From NCBI RefSeq assembly GCF_003334305.1, contig NZ_QOWS01000032.1: a DNA stretch of 35,919 nucleotides; one strand, given 5' to 3'. A model generated the notes under the pieces. The model did no database searches, had not been told where the DNA came from, and was given only the letters and a program-made list of their open reading frames with translations. This stretch comes from Escherichia coli. GTDB lineage: Bacteria > Pseudomonadota > Gammaproteobacteria > Enterobacterales > Enterobacteriaceae. Both the position numbers and the translations under genes were made by a program. Numbering within the stretch: the first letter of the stretch is position 1; the number at the start of each line of letters is the position of its first letter. This document shows positions 19,158 through 32,007 of this stretch, in pieces.

Positions 19158-21274
19158 CGCAGGAAACGATGGATTACCACGCGCTGAATGCGATGCTTAA
19201 CCTCTACGATAGCGCAGGTCGCATTCAGTTCGATAAAGACCGCCAGGCCGTTGACGCCTTTATTGCGACGCATGTGCGTCCGAACAGTGTGACCTTCAGT
19301 AGCCAGCAGCAGCGCCTGAACTGGCTGGTCAACGAAGGTTACTATGATGAAAGCGTTCTTAATCGCTACTCTCGCGACTTTGTCATTACGCTGTTTGCCC
19401 ACGCACACACCAGCGGTTTTCGTTTCCAGACATTCCTCGGGGCATGGAAGTTTTACACCAGCTATACGTTGAAGACATTCGACGGTAAACGTTATCTGGA
19501 AGATTTTGCCGATCGAGTCACGATGGTGGCGCTGACGCTGGCACAAGGCGATGAGACGCTGGCGTTGCAACTGACCGATGAAATGCTGTCAGGACGCTTT
19601 CAGCCAGCCACGCCAACATTCCTCAACTGCGGTAAGCAGCAGCGCGGCGAACTGGTTTCCTGTTTTTTGCTGCGTATTGAAGACAATATGGAGTCGATTG
19701 GTCGGGCGGTAAATTCCGCACTGCAGCTGTCGAAACGCGGCGGCGGCGTAGCATTTTTGCTGTCGAATCTGCGAGAAGCGGGCGCGCCAATTAAACGTAT
19801 TGAAAATCAATCTTCTGGCGTAATTCCGGTGATGAAAATGCTGGAAGACGCATTTTCCTATGCCAACCAACTCGGCGCTCGTCAGGGGGCTGGTGCAGTC
19901 TATTTACATGCTCATCATCCCGATATTCTGCGTTTTCTCGACACGAAACGGGAAAATGCCGACGAAAAAATCCGCATTAAAACACTGTCGCTTGGCGTGG
20001 TGATCCCGGATATCACTTTCCATCTGGCAAAAGAGAATGCGCAGATGGCGCTGTTTTCGCCTTATGACGTAGAGCGAGTTTATGGCAAGCCGTTTGCCGA
20101 TGTGGCCATCAGCCAACACTATGACGAACTGGTTGCCGATGAACGCATCCGCAAAAAATACCTCAACGCCCGTGATTTCTTCCAGCGGCTGGCAGAAATC
20201 CAGTTTGAGTCCGGCTATCCCTACATCATGTATGAAGACACGGTAAACCGTGCTAACCCTGTCGCCGGGCGCATAAATATGAGTAATCTCTGCTCAGAAA
20301 TTTTGCAGGTTAACAGCGCCTCAGAGTATGACGAGAATCTCGACTATGCCCGTACAGGCCATGATATTTCCTGCAATTTAGGTTCGTTGAATATTGCCCA
20401 CACCATGGATTCCCCCAACTTTGCCCGCACGGTAGAGACTGCCGTACGCGGTTTAACGGCGGTGTCAGATATGAGTCATATCCGCAGCGTGCCGTCCATC
20501 GAAGCCGGAAATGCCGCCTCACACGCCATCGGGCTGGGGCAGATGAATTTACACGGTTATCTGGCGCGAGAAGGCATCGCTTATGGTTCGCCGGAAGCCC
20601 TGGATTTCACCAATCTCTATTTCTATACCATCACCTGGCACGCACTGCGTACCTCGATGTTGCTGGCGCGCGAACGCGGTGAAACCTTCGCCGGGTTCAA
20701 ACAGTCACGCTATGCCAGTGGTGAATATTTCAGCCAATATCTGCAAGGTAACTGGCAGCCGAAAACGGCGAAAGTTGGCGAACTGTTTGCCCGCAGCGGT
20801 ATTACGTTACCTACCCGTGAGATGTGGGCGCAACTGCGCGACGACGTGATGCGCTACGGCATATACAACCAGAATCTCCAGGCGGTGCCGCCAACCGGTT
20901 CTATCTCTTATATCAACCATGCTACGTCGAGTATTCATCCGATTGTGGCGAAAGTAGAGATACGCAAAGAGGGCAAAACAGGACGCGTTTACTACCCTGC
21001 CCCGTTTATGACTAACGAGAATCTGGCGCTGTATCAGGATGCTTACGAAATCGGCGCAGAAAAGATCATCGACACCTACGCGGAAGCGACTCGCCATGTC
21101 GATCAGGGTTTGTCGCTGACGCTGTTTTTCCCCGATACCGCCACCACTCGCGATATCAACAAAGCGCAGATTTACGCCTGGCGCAAAGGTATCAAAACGC
21201 TCTATTACATTCGCCTGCGTCAGATGGCGCTGGAAGGCACTGAAATTGAAGGCTGCGTCTCCTGTGCACTTTAA
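19130..21274 (+). CDS. nrdE: Class Ib ribonucleotide reductase alpha subunit, 714 aa
   Basis: Large ORF with RNR catalytic-core motifs (NLCSEI, C-terminal CVSCAL). Overlaps the nrdI 3' end by 28 nt. Confidence 0.95.
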
Positions 21275-22243
<969 letters not shown>

Positions 22244-22502
22244 GGGTGTTATTTTCAAAAATATCACTACCCGCAGCAGGGAAATAATTCCCGCCAAATA
22301 GCTTTTTATCACGCAAATATTCTGTAGTGATCTACACTGATACTCTGTTGCATTATTCGCCTGAAACTACAATATTCAGGCGTTTTTTCGCTATCTATGA
22401 CAAAAAATATCAACTTTTCTCGATTTGCTCTCAGCCCTTATATCACGGGAAATTCCGGCGATTTGCTCGCATCAATATTCATGCCACATTTGCCCTCAGG
22501 GG

Positions 22503-22530
22503 TTGCCTCAGATTCTCAGTATGTTAGGGT
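22503..22530 (+). promoter_or_regulatory. proU sigma70 promoter (-35 TTGCCT, 16-bp spacer, -10 TAGGGT)
   Basis: TTGCCT at 22503..22508 and TAGGGT at 22525..22530. This would give a leader of about 60 nt to the proV ATG at 22598, consistent with the known proU P2 arrangement as recalled. Confidence 0.5.
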
Positions 22531-22597
22531 AGAGAAAAGTGACTATTTCCATTGGGTAATATATCGACATAAACAAATAAAGGAATCTTTCTATTGC

Positions 22598-23800
22598 ATG
22601 GCAATTAAATTAGAAATTAAAAATCTTTATAAAATATTTGGCGAGCATCCACAGCGAGCGTTCAAATATATCGAACAAGGACTTTCGAAAGAACAAATTC
22701 TGGAAAAAACTGGGCTATCGCTTGGCGTAAAAGACGCCAGTCTGGCCATTGAAGAAGGCGAGATATTTGTCATCATGGGATTATCCGGCTCGGGTAAATC
22801 CACAATGGTACGCCTTCTCAATCGCCTGATTGAACCCACCCGCGGGCAAGTGCTGATTGATGGTGTGGATATTGCCAAAATATCCGATGCCGAACTCCGT
22901 GAGGTGCGCAGAAAAAAGATTGCGATGGTCTTCCAGTCCTTTGCCTTAATGCCGCATATGACCGTGCTGGACAATACTGCGTTCGGTATGGAATTGGCCG
23001 GAATTAATGCCGAAGAACGCCGGGAAAAAGCCCTTGATGCACTGCGTCAGGTCGGGCTGGAAAATTATGCCCACAGCTACCCGGATGAACTCTCTGGCGG
23101 GATGCGTCAACGTGTGGGATTAGCCCGCGCGTTAGCGATTAATCCGGATATATTATTAATGGACGAAGCCTTCTCGGCGCTCGATCCATTAATTCGCACC
23201 GAGATGCAGGATGAGCTGGTAAAATTACAGGCGAAACATCAGCGCACCATTGTCTTTATTTCCCACGATCTCGATGAGGCTATGCGTATTGGCGACCGAA
23301 TTGCCATTATGCAAAATGGTGAAGTGGTACAGGTCGGCACACCGGATGAAATTCTCAATAATCCGGCGAATGATTATGTCCGTACCTTCTTCCGTGGCGT
23401 TGATATTAGTCAGGTATTCAGTGCGAAAGATATTGCCCGCCGGACACCGAATGGCTTAATTCGTAAAACCCCTGGCTTCGGCCCACGTTCGGCACTGAAA
23501 TTATTGCAGGATGAAGATCGCGAATATGGCTACGTTATCGAACGCGGTAATAAGTTTGTCGGCGCAGTTTCCATCGATTCGCTTAAAACCGCGTTAACGC
23601 AGCAGCAAGGTCTTGATGCGGCGCTGATTGATGCGCCGTTAGCAGTCGATGCACAAACGCCTCTTAGCGAGTTGCTCTCTCATGTCGGACAGGCACCCTG
23701 TGCGGTGCCCGTGGTCGACGAGGACCAACAGTATGTCGGCATCATTTCGAAAGGAATGCTGCTGCGCGCTTTAGATCGTGAGGGGGTAAATAATGGCTGA
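22598..23800 (+). CDS. proV: Glycine betaine/proline ABC transporter ATPase with C-terminal CBS domains, 400 aa
   Basis: Start at ATG 22598 ([14 protein letters not shown]...) with AAGGAA Shine-Dalgarno at 22580..22585. Walker [13 protein letters not shown] signature LSGGMRQR, Walker [13 protein letters not shown]. The ORF track's N-terminal extension from 22397 is rejected. Confidence 0.95.
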   Translation: MAIKLEIKNLYKIFGEHPQRAFKYIEQGLSKEQILEKTGLSLGVKDASLAIEEGEIFVIMGLSGSGKSTMVRLLNRLIEPTRGQVLIDGVDIAKISDAELREVRRKKIAMVFQSFALMPHMTVLDNTAFGMELAGINAEERREKALDALRQVGLENYAHSYPDELSGGMRQRVGLARALAINPDILLMDEAFSALDPLIRTEMQDELVKLQAKHQRTIVFISHDLDEAMRIGDRIAIMQNGEVVQVGTPDEILNNPANDYVRTFFRGVDISQVFSAKDIARRTPNGLIRKTPGFGPRSALKLLQDEDREYGYVIERGNKFVGAVSIDSLKTALTQQQGLDAALIDAPLAVDAQTPLSELLSHVGQAPCAVPVVDEDQQYVGIISKGMLLRALDREGVNNG

Positions 23801-24857
23801 TCAAAATAATCCGTGGGATACCACGCCAGCGGCGGACAGTGCCGTGCAATCCGCAGACGCCTGGGGTACACCGGCGACTGCACCGACTGACGGCGGTGGT
23901 GCTGACTGGCTGACCAGTACGCCTGCGCCAAACGTCGAGCATTTTAATATTCTCGATCCGTTCCATAAAACGCTGATCCCGCTCGACAGTTGGGTCACTG
24001 AAGGGATCGACTGGGTTGTTACCCATTTCCGTCCCGTCTTCCAGGGCGTGCGCGTTCCGGTTGATTACATTCTCAACGGTTTCCAGCAATTGCTGCTGGG
24101 TATGCCCGCACCGGTGGCGATTATCGTTTTCGCTCTCATCGCCTGGCAGATTTCCGGGGTCGGAATGGGCGTGGCGACGCTGGTTTCGCTGATTGCCATC
24201 GGCGCAATCGGTGCCTGGTCGCAGGCCATGGTTACCCTGGCGCTGGTGTTAACCGCCCTGCTGTTCTGTATCGTCATTGGTTTGCCGCTGGGGATCTGGC
24301 TGGCGAGAAGTCCGCGAGCGGCGAAAATTATTCGTCCACTGCTTGATGCCATGCAGACCACGCCAGCGTTTGTTTATCTGGTGCCAATCGTCATGCTATT
24401 TGGTATCGGTAACGTGCCGGGCGTGGTGGTGACGATCATCTTTGCTCTGCCGCCGATTATCCGTCTGACCATTCTGGGGATTAACCAGGTTCCGGCGGAT
24501 CTGATTGAAGCCTCGCGCTCATTCGGTGCCAGCCCGCGCCAGATGCTGTTCAAAGTTCAGTTACCGCTGGCGATGCCGACCATTATGGCGGGCGTTAACC
24601 AGACGCTGATGCTGGCCCTTTCTATGGTGGTCATTGCCTCGATGATTGCCGTCGGCGGGCTGGGTCAGATGGTACTTCGCGGTATCGGTCGTCTGGATAT
24701 GGGGCTTGCCACCGTTGGCGGCGTCGGGATTGTGATCCTCGCCATTATCCTCGATCGCCTGACGCAGGCCGTTGGGCGCGACTCACGCAGTCGCGGCAAC
24801 CGTCGCTGGTACACCACTGGCCCTGTTGGTCTGCTGACCCGCCCATTCATTAAGTAA
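23793..24857 (+). CDS. proW: Glycine betaine/proline ABC transporter permease, 354 aa
   Basis: Multi-pass membrane protein. Overlaps the proV stop by 8 nt. Recognized as ProW. Confidence 0.95.
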   Translation: MADQNNPWDTTPAADSAVQSADAWGTPATAPTDGGGADWLTSTPAPNVEHFNILDPFHKTLIPLDSWVTEGIDWVVTHFRPVFQGVRVPVDYILNGFQQLLLGMPAPVAIIVFALIAWQISGVGMGVATLVSLIAIGAIGAWSQAMVTLALVLTALLFCIVIGLPLGIWLARSPRAAKIIRPLLDAMQTTPAFVYLVPIVMLFGIGNVPGVVVTIIFALPPIIRLTILGINQVPADLIEASRSFGASPRQMLFKVQLPLAMPTIMAGVNQTLMLALSMVVIASMIAVGGLGQMVLRGIGRLDMGLATVGGVGIVILAIILDRLTQAVGRDSRSRGNRRWYTTGPVGLLTRPFIK

Positions 24858-24914
24858 CTCTGCACTTGCCCGGTGACGCCGGGCATTATCACCCTGCCAA
24901 AAAAAGGAATAACA

Positions 24915-25907
24915 ATGCGACATAGCGTACTTTTTGCGACAGCGTTTGCCACGCTTATCTCTACACAAACTTTTGCTGCCGATCTGCCGGGCAAAGGTAT
25001 TACTGTAAATCCAGTTCAAAGCACCATCACCGAAGAAACCTTCCAGACGCTGCTGGTCAGCCGTGCGCTGGAGAAATTAGGCTATACCGTCAACAAACCC
25101 AGCGAAGTAGATTACAACGTTGGCTACACCTCGCTTGCTTCCGGCGATGCAACCTTCACCGCCGTGAACTGGACGCCACTGCATGACAACATGTACGAAG
25201 CTGCCGGTGGCGATAAGAAATTTTATCGTGAAGGGGTATTTGTTAACGGCGCGGCACAGGGTTACCTGATCGATAAGAAAACCGCCGACCAGTACAAAAT
25301 CACCAACATCGCACAACTGAAAGATCCGAAGATCGCCAAACTGTTCGATACCAACGGCGACGGAAAAGCGGATTTAACCGGTTGTAACCCTGGCTGGGGC
25401 TGCGAAGGTGCCATCAACCACCAGCTTGCCGCGTATGAACTGACCCATACCGTGACGCATAATCAGGGGAACTACGCGGCGATGATGGCCGACACCATCA
25501 GTCGCTACAAAGAGGGCAAACCGGTGTTTTACTACACCTGGACGCCGTACTGGGTGAGTAATGAGCTGAAGCCAGGGAAAGATGTGGTCTGGTTGCAGGT
25601 GCCGTTCTCCGCACTGCCGGGCGATAAAAACGCCGATACCAAACTGCCGAATGGTGCGAATTATGGCTTCCCGGTCAGCACCATGCATATCGTTGCCAAC
25701 AAAGCCTGGGCCGAGAAAAACCCGGCAGCAGCGAAACTGTTTGCCATTATGCAGTTGCCAGTGGCAGATATTAACGCCCAGAACGCCATTATGCATGACG
25801 GCAAAGCCTCAGAAGGCGATATTCAGGGCCATGTTGATGGCTGGATCAAAGCCCACCAGCAGCAGTTCGATGGCTGGGTGAATGAGGCGCTGGCAGCGCA
25901 GAAGTAA
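24915..25907 (+). CDS. proX: Glycine betaine/proline periplasmic substrate-binding protein, 330 aa
   Basis: ATG 24915 with AAAGGAA Shine-Dalgarno. Signal peptide [21 protein letters not shown] followed by [10 protein letters not shown]... The GTG at 24873 used by the ORF track is rejected. Confidence 0.9.
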   Translation: MRHSVLFATAFATLISTQTFAADLPGKGITVNPVQSTITEETFQTLLVSRALEKLGYTVNKPSEVDYNVGYTSLASGDATFTAVNWTPLHDNMYEAAGGDKKFYREGVFVNGAAQGYLIDKKTADQYKITNIAQLKDPKIAKLFDTNGDGKADLTGCNPGWGCEGAINHQLAAYELTHTVTHNQGNYAAMMADTISRYKEGKPVFYYTWTPYWVSNELKPGKDVVWLQVPFSALPGDKNADTKLPNGANYGFPVSTMHIVANKAWAEKNPAAAKLFAIMQLPVADINAQNAIMHDGKASEGDIQGHVDGWIKAHQQQFDGWVNEALAAQK

Positions 25908-25916
25908 TTTTTATTC

Positions 25917-25998
25917 GGGCGGATAAGGCGTTTTTGCCTCATCCGCCGCTCTGTACACAATGCCTGATGCGACGCTGACGCGTCTTATCATGCCTACA
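25917..25998. repeat. REP/BIME element downstream of proX (two REP units)
   Basis: gggcggataaggcgtttttgcctcatccgcc and tgcctgatgcgacgctgacgcgtcttatcatgcctaca, imperfect palindromes of REP type. Confidence 0.55.
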
Positions 25999-26098
25999 AA
26001 CCACATCGCACATTTCAACAAGCTATCTTTCATCCCATATTCATCAACATCCGCTATTATTGATTTCCAGCTTAATCATCACCTGATGAACAAAAATA

Positions 26099-27283
26099 AT
26101 GACTAAACCTAATCATGAGCTTAGCCCGGCGCTGATCGTGCTGATGTCTATCGCCACCGGTCTGGCGGTCGCCAGTAACTATTACGCCCAGCCGCTACTC
26201 GACACCATCGCGCGTAACTTTTCCCTTTCCGCCAGTTCGGCAGGCTTTATTGTTACCGCCGCGCAATTGGGCTATGCAGCAGGTCTGCTGTTTCTTGTTC
26301 CCCTCGGTGATATGTTTGAACGCCGCCGCCTGATTGTCTCGATGACCTTACTGGCAGCGGGCGGTATGTTGATTACCGCCAGCAGTCAGTCGCTGGCGAT
26401 GATGCTCCTCGGTACGGCATTAACCGGTTTATTCTCTGTCGTGGCACAAATTCTGGTTCCGCTGGCAGCGACGCTGGCTTCACCGGATAAACGCGGCAAA
26501 GTGGTTGGCACCATTATGAGCGGTCTGCTGTTGGGGATATTGCTGGCACGAACCGTTGCCGGGTTACTGGCAAACCTCGGCGGCTGGCGCACCGTCTTTT
26601 GGGTTGCCTCGGTGTTAATGGCTCTGATGGCGCTAGCATTATGGCGTGGTCTGCCACAAATGAAATCAGAAACCCACCTCAACTACCCACAGTTGTTAGG
26701 TTCCGTTTTCAGCATGTTTATCAGCGATAAGATCCTGCGCACCCGCGCATTGCTGGGCTGCCTGACCTTTGCCAACTTCAGCATTCTCTGGACCTCAATG
26801 GCCTTTTTGCTTGCCGCTCCACCTTTTAACTACAGCGATGGTGTCATTGGTCTGTTTGGACTTGCGGGAGCTGCCGGAGCGTTGGGCGCTCGTCCGGCGG
26901 GCGGTTTTGCCGATAAGGGTAAATCGCACCACACCACAACTTTCGGTCTGCTGCTGCTATTACTTTCATGGCTGGCGATCTGGTTTGGTCACACTTCCGT
27001 ACTGGCGCTGATTATCGGCATCCTGGTGCTGGATCTCACCGTACAGGGCGTGCATATCACTAACCAGACGGTAATTTATCGAATACACCCTGATGCGCGT
27101 AATCGCCTGACCGCAGGTTACATGACCAGCTACTTTATTGGCGGTGCCGCCGGTTCGCTAATTTCAGCCTCAGCCTGGCAACATGGCGGTTGGGCTGGCG
27201 TTTGTCTGGCTGGCGCGACGATTGCCCTGGTTAACTTACTGGTCTGGTGGCGAGGTTTTCATCGTCAGGAAGCCGCAAATTAA
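26099..27283 (+). CDS. ygaY: MFS-family transporter, 394 aa, intact in this sequence
   Basis: Uninterrupted ORF with about 12 hydrophobic segments and MFS-like loop motifs (GDMFERRR). Confidence 0.75.
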   Translation: MTKPNHELSPALIVLMSIATGLAVASNYYAQPLLDTIARNFSLSASSAGFIVTAAQLGYAAGLLFLVPLGDMFERRRLIVSMTLLAAGGMLITASSQSLAMMLLGTALTGLFSVVAQILVPLAATLASPDKRGKVVGTIMSGLLLGILLARTVAGLLANLGGWRTVFWVASVLMALMALALWRGLPQMKSETHLNYPQLLGSVFSMFISDKILRTRALLGCLTFANFSILWTSMAFLLAAPPFNYSDGVIGLFGLAGAAGALGARPAGGFADKGKSHHTTTFGLLLLLLSWLAIWFGHTSVLALIIGILVLDLTVQGVHITNQTVIYRIHPDARNRLTAGYMTSYFIGGAAGSLISASAWQHGGWAGVCLAGATIALVNLLVWWRGFHRQEAAN

Positions 27284-27406
27284 GCAATCAGCAACCGTTT
27301 TCGTGGCTTTACACTTATAAGGGTGTTAAGAAGCCCATCAGTCTGATAAGGTTAAGATATTCATTCAGTCTATTTATAATATTAACAATCGTTAAGCGTA
27401 CACTCT

Positions 27407-28144
27407 ATGGAAAGCCCTACTCCACAGCCTGCTCCTGGTTCGGCGACCTTCATGGAAGGATGCAAAGACAGTTTACCGATTGTTATTAGTTATATTCCGG
27501 TGGCCTTTGCGTTCGGTCTGAATGCGACCCGTCTGGGATTCTCTCCTCTCGAAAGCGTTTTTTTCTCCTGCATCATTTATGCAGGCGCGAGCCAGTTCGT
27601 CATTACCGCGATGCTGGCAGCCGGGAGTAGTTTGTGGGTTGCTGCACTGACCGTCATGGCAATGGATGTTCGCCATGTGTTGTATGGCCCGTCACTGCGT
27701 AGCCGTATTATTCAGCGTCTGCAAAAATCGAAAACCGCCCTGTGGGCATTTGGCCTGACGGATGAGGTTTTTGCCGCCGCAACCGCAAAACTGGTACGCA
27801 ATAATCGCCGCTGGAGCGAGAACTGGATGATCGGCATTGCCTTCAGTTCATGGTCATCGTGGGTATTTGGTACGGTAATAGGGGCATTCTCCGGCAGCGG
27901 CTTGCTGCAAGGTTATCCCGCCGTTGAAGCTGCATTAGGTTTTATGCTTCCGGCACTCTTTATGAGTTTCCTGCTCGCCTCTTTCCAGCGCAAACAATCT
28001 CTTTGCGTTACCGCAGCGTTAGTTGGTGCCCTTGCAGGCGTAACGCTATTTTCTATTCCCGTCGCCATTCTGGCAGGCATTGTCTGTGGCTGCCTCACTG
28101 CGTTAATCCAGGCATTCTGGCAAGGAGCGCCCGATGAGCTATGA
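27407..28144 (+). CDS. ygaZ: AzlC-family branched-chain amino acid (valine) exporter, large subunit, 245 aa
   Basis: Hydrophobic AzlC-like protein ([26 protein letters not shown]...). Forms an overlapping pair with ygaH. Confidence 0.85.
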
Positions 28145-28469
28145 GGTTCTGCTGCTTGGGTTACTGGTTGGCGTGGCGAATTATTGCTTCCGCTATTTGC
28201 CGCTGCGCCTGCGTGTGGGTAATGCCCGCCCAACCAAACGTGGCGCGGTAGGTATTTTGCTCGACACCATTGGCATCGCCTCGATATGCGCTCTGCTGGT
28301 TGTCTCTACCGCACCAGAAGTGATGCACGATACACGCCGTTTCGTGCCCACGCTGGTCGGCTTCGCGGTACTGGGTGCCAGTTTCTATAAAACACGCAGC
28401 ATTATCATCCCAACACTGCTTAGTGCGCTGGCCTATGGGCTCGCCTGGAAAGTGATGGCGATTATATAA
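28134..28469 (+). CDS. ygaH: AzlD-family exporter small subunit, 111 aa
   Basis: Small hydrophobic protein whose start overlaps the ygaZ 3' end by 11 nt. Confidence 0.85.
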
Positions 28470-28559
28470 CCCACAAGAATCATTTTTCTAAAACAATACA
28501 TTTACTTTATTTGTCACTGTCGTTACTATATCGGCTGAAATTAATGAGGTCATACCCAA

Positions 28560-29090
28560 ATGGATAGTTCGTTTACGCCCATTGAACAAATGCTAAAATT
28601 TCGCGCCAGCCGCCACGAAGATTTTCCTTATCAGGAGATCCTTCTGACTCGTCTTTGCATGCACATGCAAAGCAAGCTGCTGGAGAACCGCAATAAAATG
28701 CTGAAGGCTCAGGGGATTAACGAGACGTTGTTTATGGCGTTGATTACGCTGGAGTCTCAGGAAAACCACAGTATTCAGCCTTCTGAATTAAGTTGTGCTC
28801 TTGGATCATCCCGTACCAACGCGACGCGTATTGCCGATGAACTGGAAAAACGCGGTTGGATCGAACGTCGTGAAAGCGATAACGATCGCCGCTGCCTGCA
28901 TCTGCAATTAACGGAAAAAGGTCACGAGTTTTTGCGCGAGGTTTTACCACCGCAGCATAACTGCCTGCATCAACTCTGGTCCGCGCTCAGCACAACAGAA
29001 AAAGATCAGCTCGAGCAAATCACCCGCAAATTGCTCTCCCGTCTCGACCAGATGGAACAAGACGGTGTGGTTCTCGAAGCGATGAGCTAA
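28560..29090 (+). CDS. mprA: MarR-family transcriptional repressor of emrAB, 176 aa
   Basis: MarR-type winged helix. Translation [52 protein letters not shown]... recognized as MprA/EmrR. Sits directly upstream of emrAB. Confidence 0.9.
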
Positions 29091-29137
29091 CGCGTCATCT
29101 CGCTCAAAAATCCAGATTTATAAAAGAAAAAATGACC

Positions 29138-29166
29138 GGCCAGCATCGCAACATGCTGGCCTTTTT
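29138..29166 (+). terminator. Hairpin plus T-run between mprA and emrA (attenuator or partial terminator)
   Basis: Stem GGCCAGCAT / ATGCTGGCC (29138..29146 and 29153..29161) with loop CGCAAC, followed by TTTTT at 29162..29166. Confidence 0.5.
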
Positions 29167-29216
29167 GGCAAGCAGGTCGGCTCAGCCGATGAGTTAAGAA
29201 GATCGTGGAGAACAAT

Positions 29217-30389
29217 ATGAGCGCAAATGCGGAGACTCAAACCCCGCAGCAACCGGTAAAGAAGAGCGGCAAACGTAAGCGTCTGCTCCTCCTTCTCACC
29301 TTGCTCTTTATAATTATTGCCGTAGCGATAGGGATTTATTGGTTTTTGGTACTGCGTCATTTCGAAGAAACCGATGACGCATACGTGGCAGGGAATCAGA
29401 TTCAAATTATGTCTCAGGTGTCTGGCAGCGTGACGAAAGTCTGGGCCGATAACACCGATTTTGTAAAAGAAGGCGATGTTCTGGTCACTCTCGACCCGAC
29501 AGATGCTCGCCAGGCGTTTGAAAAAGCCAAAACTGCACTGGCTTCCAGCGTTCGCCAAACCCACCAGCTGATGATTAACAGCAAACAGTTGCAGGCGAAT
29601 ATTGAGGTGCAAAAAATCGCCCTCGCGAAAGCACAAAGCGACTACAACCGCCGTGTGCCGCTGGGCAATGCCAACCTGATTGGTCGCGAAGAGCTGCAAC
29701 ACGCCCGCGACGCCGTCACCAGTGCCCAGGCGCAACTGGACGTCGCTATTCAACAATACAATGCCAATCAGGCGATGATTCTGGGGACTAAACTGGAAGA
29801 TCAGCCTGCCGTGCAACAGGCTGCCACCGAAGTACGTAACGCCTGGCTGGCGCTGGAGCGTACCCGTATTGTCAGTCCGATGACCGGTTATGTCTCCCGC
29901 CGCGCGGTACAGCCTGGGGCGCAAATTAGCCCAACGACGCCGCTGATGGCGGTCGTTCCAGCCACCAATATGTGGGTGGATGCCAACTTTAAAGAGACGC
30001 AGATTGCCAATATGCGTATCGGTCAGCCGGTCACTATCACCACGGATATTTACGGCGATGATGTGAAATACACCGGTAAAGTGGTTGGTCTGGATATGGG
30101 CACAGGTAGCGCATTCTCACTGCTTCCGGCGCAAAATGCGACCGGTAACTGGATCAAAGTCGTTCAGCGTCTACCTGTGCGTATCGAACTGGACCAGAAA
30201 CAGCTGGAGCAATACCCGCTGCGCATTGGTTTGTCCACGCTGGTGAGCGTCAATACCACTAACCGTGACGGTCAGGTACTGGCAAATAAAGTACGTTCAA
30301 CACCGGTCGCGGTAAGTACCGCGCGTGAAATCAGCCTGGCACCTGTCAATAAACTGATCGACGATATCGTAAAAGCTAACGCTGGCTAA
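29217..30389 (+). CDS. emrA: Multidrug efflux membrane-fusion protein (HlyD family), 390 aa
   Basis: Start at ATG 29217 (MSANAETQTPQQPVKKSGKRKRLLLLLTLLFIIIAV...). N-terminal transmembrane anchor and coiled-coil periplasmic domain. Confidence 0.9.
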   Translation: MSANAETQTPQQPVKKSGKRKRLLLLLTLLFIIIAVAIGIYWFLVLRHFEETDDAYVAGNQIQIMSQVSGSVTKVWADNTDFVKEGDVLVTLDPTDARQAFEKAKTALASSVRQTHQLMINSKQLQANIEVQKIALAKAQSDYNRRVPLGNANLIGREELQHARDAVTSAQAQLDVAIQQYNANQAMILGTKLEDQPAVQQAATEVRNAWLALERTRIVSPMTGYVSRRAVQPGAQISPTTPLMAVVPATNMWVDANFKETQIANMRIGQPVTITTDIYGDDVKYTGKVVGLDMGTGSAFSLLPAQNATGNWIKVVQRLPVRIELDQKQLEQYPLRIGLSTLVSVNTTNRDGQVLANKVRSTPVAVSTAREISLAPVNKLIDDIVKANAG

Positions 30390-30405
30390 TCCAGAGGTGC
30401 GTGTG

Positions 30406-31944
30406 ATGCAACAGCAAAAACCGCTGGAAGGCGCGCAACTGGTCATTATGACGATTGCGCTGTCACTGGCGACATTCATGCAGGTGCTGGACTCCACCAT
30501 TGCTAACGTGGCGATCCCCACTATCGCCGGGAATCTGGGCTCATCGCTCAGCCAGGGAACGTGGGTAATCACTTCTTTCGGGGTGGCGAATGCCATCTCG
30601 ATCCCGCTTACCGGCTGGCTGGCAAAGCGCGTCGGGGAAGTGAAACTGTTCCTTTGGTCCACCATCGCCTTTGCTATTGCGTCGTGGGCGTGTGGTGTCT
30701 CCAGCAGCCTGAATATGCTGATCTTCTTCCGCGTGATTCAGGGGATTGTCGCCGGGCCGTTGATCCCGCTTTCGCAAAGTCTATTGCTGAATAACTACCC
30801 GCCAGCCAAACGCTCGATCGCGCTGGCGTTGTGGTCGATGACGGTGATTGTCGCGCCAATTTGCGGCCCGATCCTCGGCGGTTATATCAGCGATAATTAC
30901 CACTGGGGCTGGATATTCTTCATCAACGTGCCGATTGGCGTGGCGGTGGTGTTGATGACACTGCAAACTCTGCGCGGACGTGAAACCCGCACCGAACGGC
31001 GGCGGATTGATGCCGTGGGGCTGGCACTGCTGGTTATTGGTATCGGCAGCCTGCAGATTATGCTCGACCGCGGTAAAGAGCTGGACTGGTTTTCATCACA
31101 GGAAATTATCATCCTTACCGTGGTGGCGGTGGTGGCTATCTGCTTCCTGATTGTCTGGGAGCTGACCGACGATAACCCGATAGTCGATCTGTCGTTGTTT
31201 AAGTCGCGCAACTTCACCATCGGCTGCTTGTGTATCAGCCTCGCGTATATGCTCTACTTCGGCGCTATTGTTCTGCTGCCGCAGTTGTTGCAGGAGGTCT
31301 ACGGTTACACGGCGACCTGGGCAGGTTTGGCCTCTGCGCCGGTAGGGATTATTCCGGTGATCCTGTCGCCGATTATCGGCCGCTTCGCGCATAAACTGGA
31401 TATGCGGCGGCTGGTAACCTTCAGCTTTATTATGTATGCCGTCTGCTTCTACTGGCGTGCCTATACCTTTGAACCAGGTATGGATTTTGGCGCGTCGGCC
31501 TGGCCGCAGTTTATCCAGGGGTTTGCGGTGGCCTGCTTCTTTATGCCGCTGACCACCATTACGCTGTCTGGTTTGCCACCGGAACGACTGGCGGCGGCAT
31601 CGAGCCTCTCTAACTTTACGCGAACGCTGGCGGGGTCTATCGGCACGTCGATAACCACGACCATGTGGACCAACCGCGAGTCGATGCACCATGCGCAGTT
31701 GACTGAGTCGGTAAACCCGTTCAACCCGAATGCCCAGGCGATGTACAGTCAACTGGAAGGGCTTGGGATGACGCAACAGCAGGCATCAGGCTGGATTGCC
31801 CAGCAGATCACCAATCAGGGGCTGATTATTTCCGCCAATGAGATCTTCTGGATGTCAGCCGGGATATTCCTCGTACTGCTGGGGCTGGTGTGGTTTGCTA
31901 AACCGCCATTTGGCGCAGGTGGCGGCGGAGGCGGTGCGCACTAA
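30406..31944 (+). CDS. emrB: MFS multidrug efflux pump (14-TMS DHA2 family), 512 aa
   Basis: Start at ATG 30406 (MQQQKPLEGAQLVIMTIALSLATFMQVLDSTIANVAIPTIAG...) with AGAGG Shine-Dalgarno. Ends ...GAGGGGGGAH. Confidence 0.9.
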   Translation: MQQQKPLEGAQLVIMTIALSLATFMQVLDSTIANVAIPTIAGNLGSSLSQGTWVITSFGVANAISIPLTGWLAKRVGEVKLFLWSTIAFAIASWACGVSSSLNMLIFFRVIQGIVAGPLIPLSQSLLLNNYPPAKRSIALALWSMTVIVAPICGPILGGYISDNYHWGWIFFINVPIGVAVVLMTLQTLRGRETRTERRRIDAVGLALLVIGIGSLQIMLDRGKELDWFSSQEIIILTVVAVVAICFLIVWELTDDNPIVDLSLFKSRNFTIGCLCISLAYMLYFGAIVLLPQLLQEVYGYTATWAGLASAPVGIIPVILSPIIGRFAHKLDMRRLVTFSFIMYAVCFYWRAYTFEPGMDFGASAWPQFIQGFAVACFFMPLTTITLSGLPPERLAAASSLSNFTRTLAGSIGTSITTTMWTNRESMHHAQLTESVNPFNPNAQAMYSQLEGLGMTQQQASGWIAQQITNQGLIISANEIFWMSAGIFLVLLGLVWFAKPPFGAGGGGGGAH

Positions 31945-31953
31945 GTACAACTA

Positions 31954-31981
31954 AGCCAGTTCATTTGAACTGGCTTTTTTC
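31954..31981. terminator. Bidirectional rho-independent terminator between convergent emrB and luxS
   Basis: Perfect 10-bp stem AGCCAGTTCA / TGAACTGGCT (31954..31963 and 31967..31976) with 3-nt loop, followed by TTTTTT on the plus strand. Confidence 0.65.
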
Positions 31982-32007
31982 AATTAATTGTGAAGATAGT
32001 TTACTGA

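Noticed and set aside
28501-28533. Sigma70 promoter for mprA (TTGTCA at 28511..28516)
   Set aside because: I could not find a -10 hexamer at acceptable spacing by eye, so it is left unannotated.
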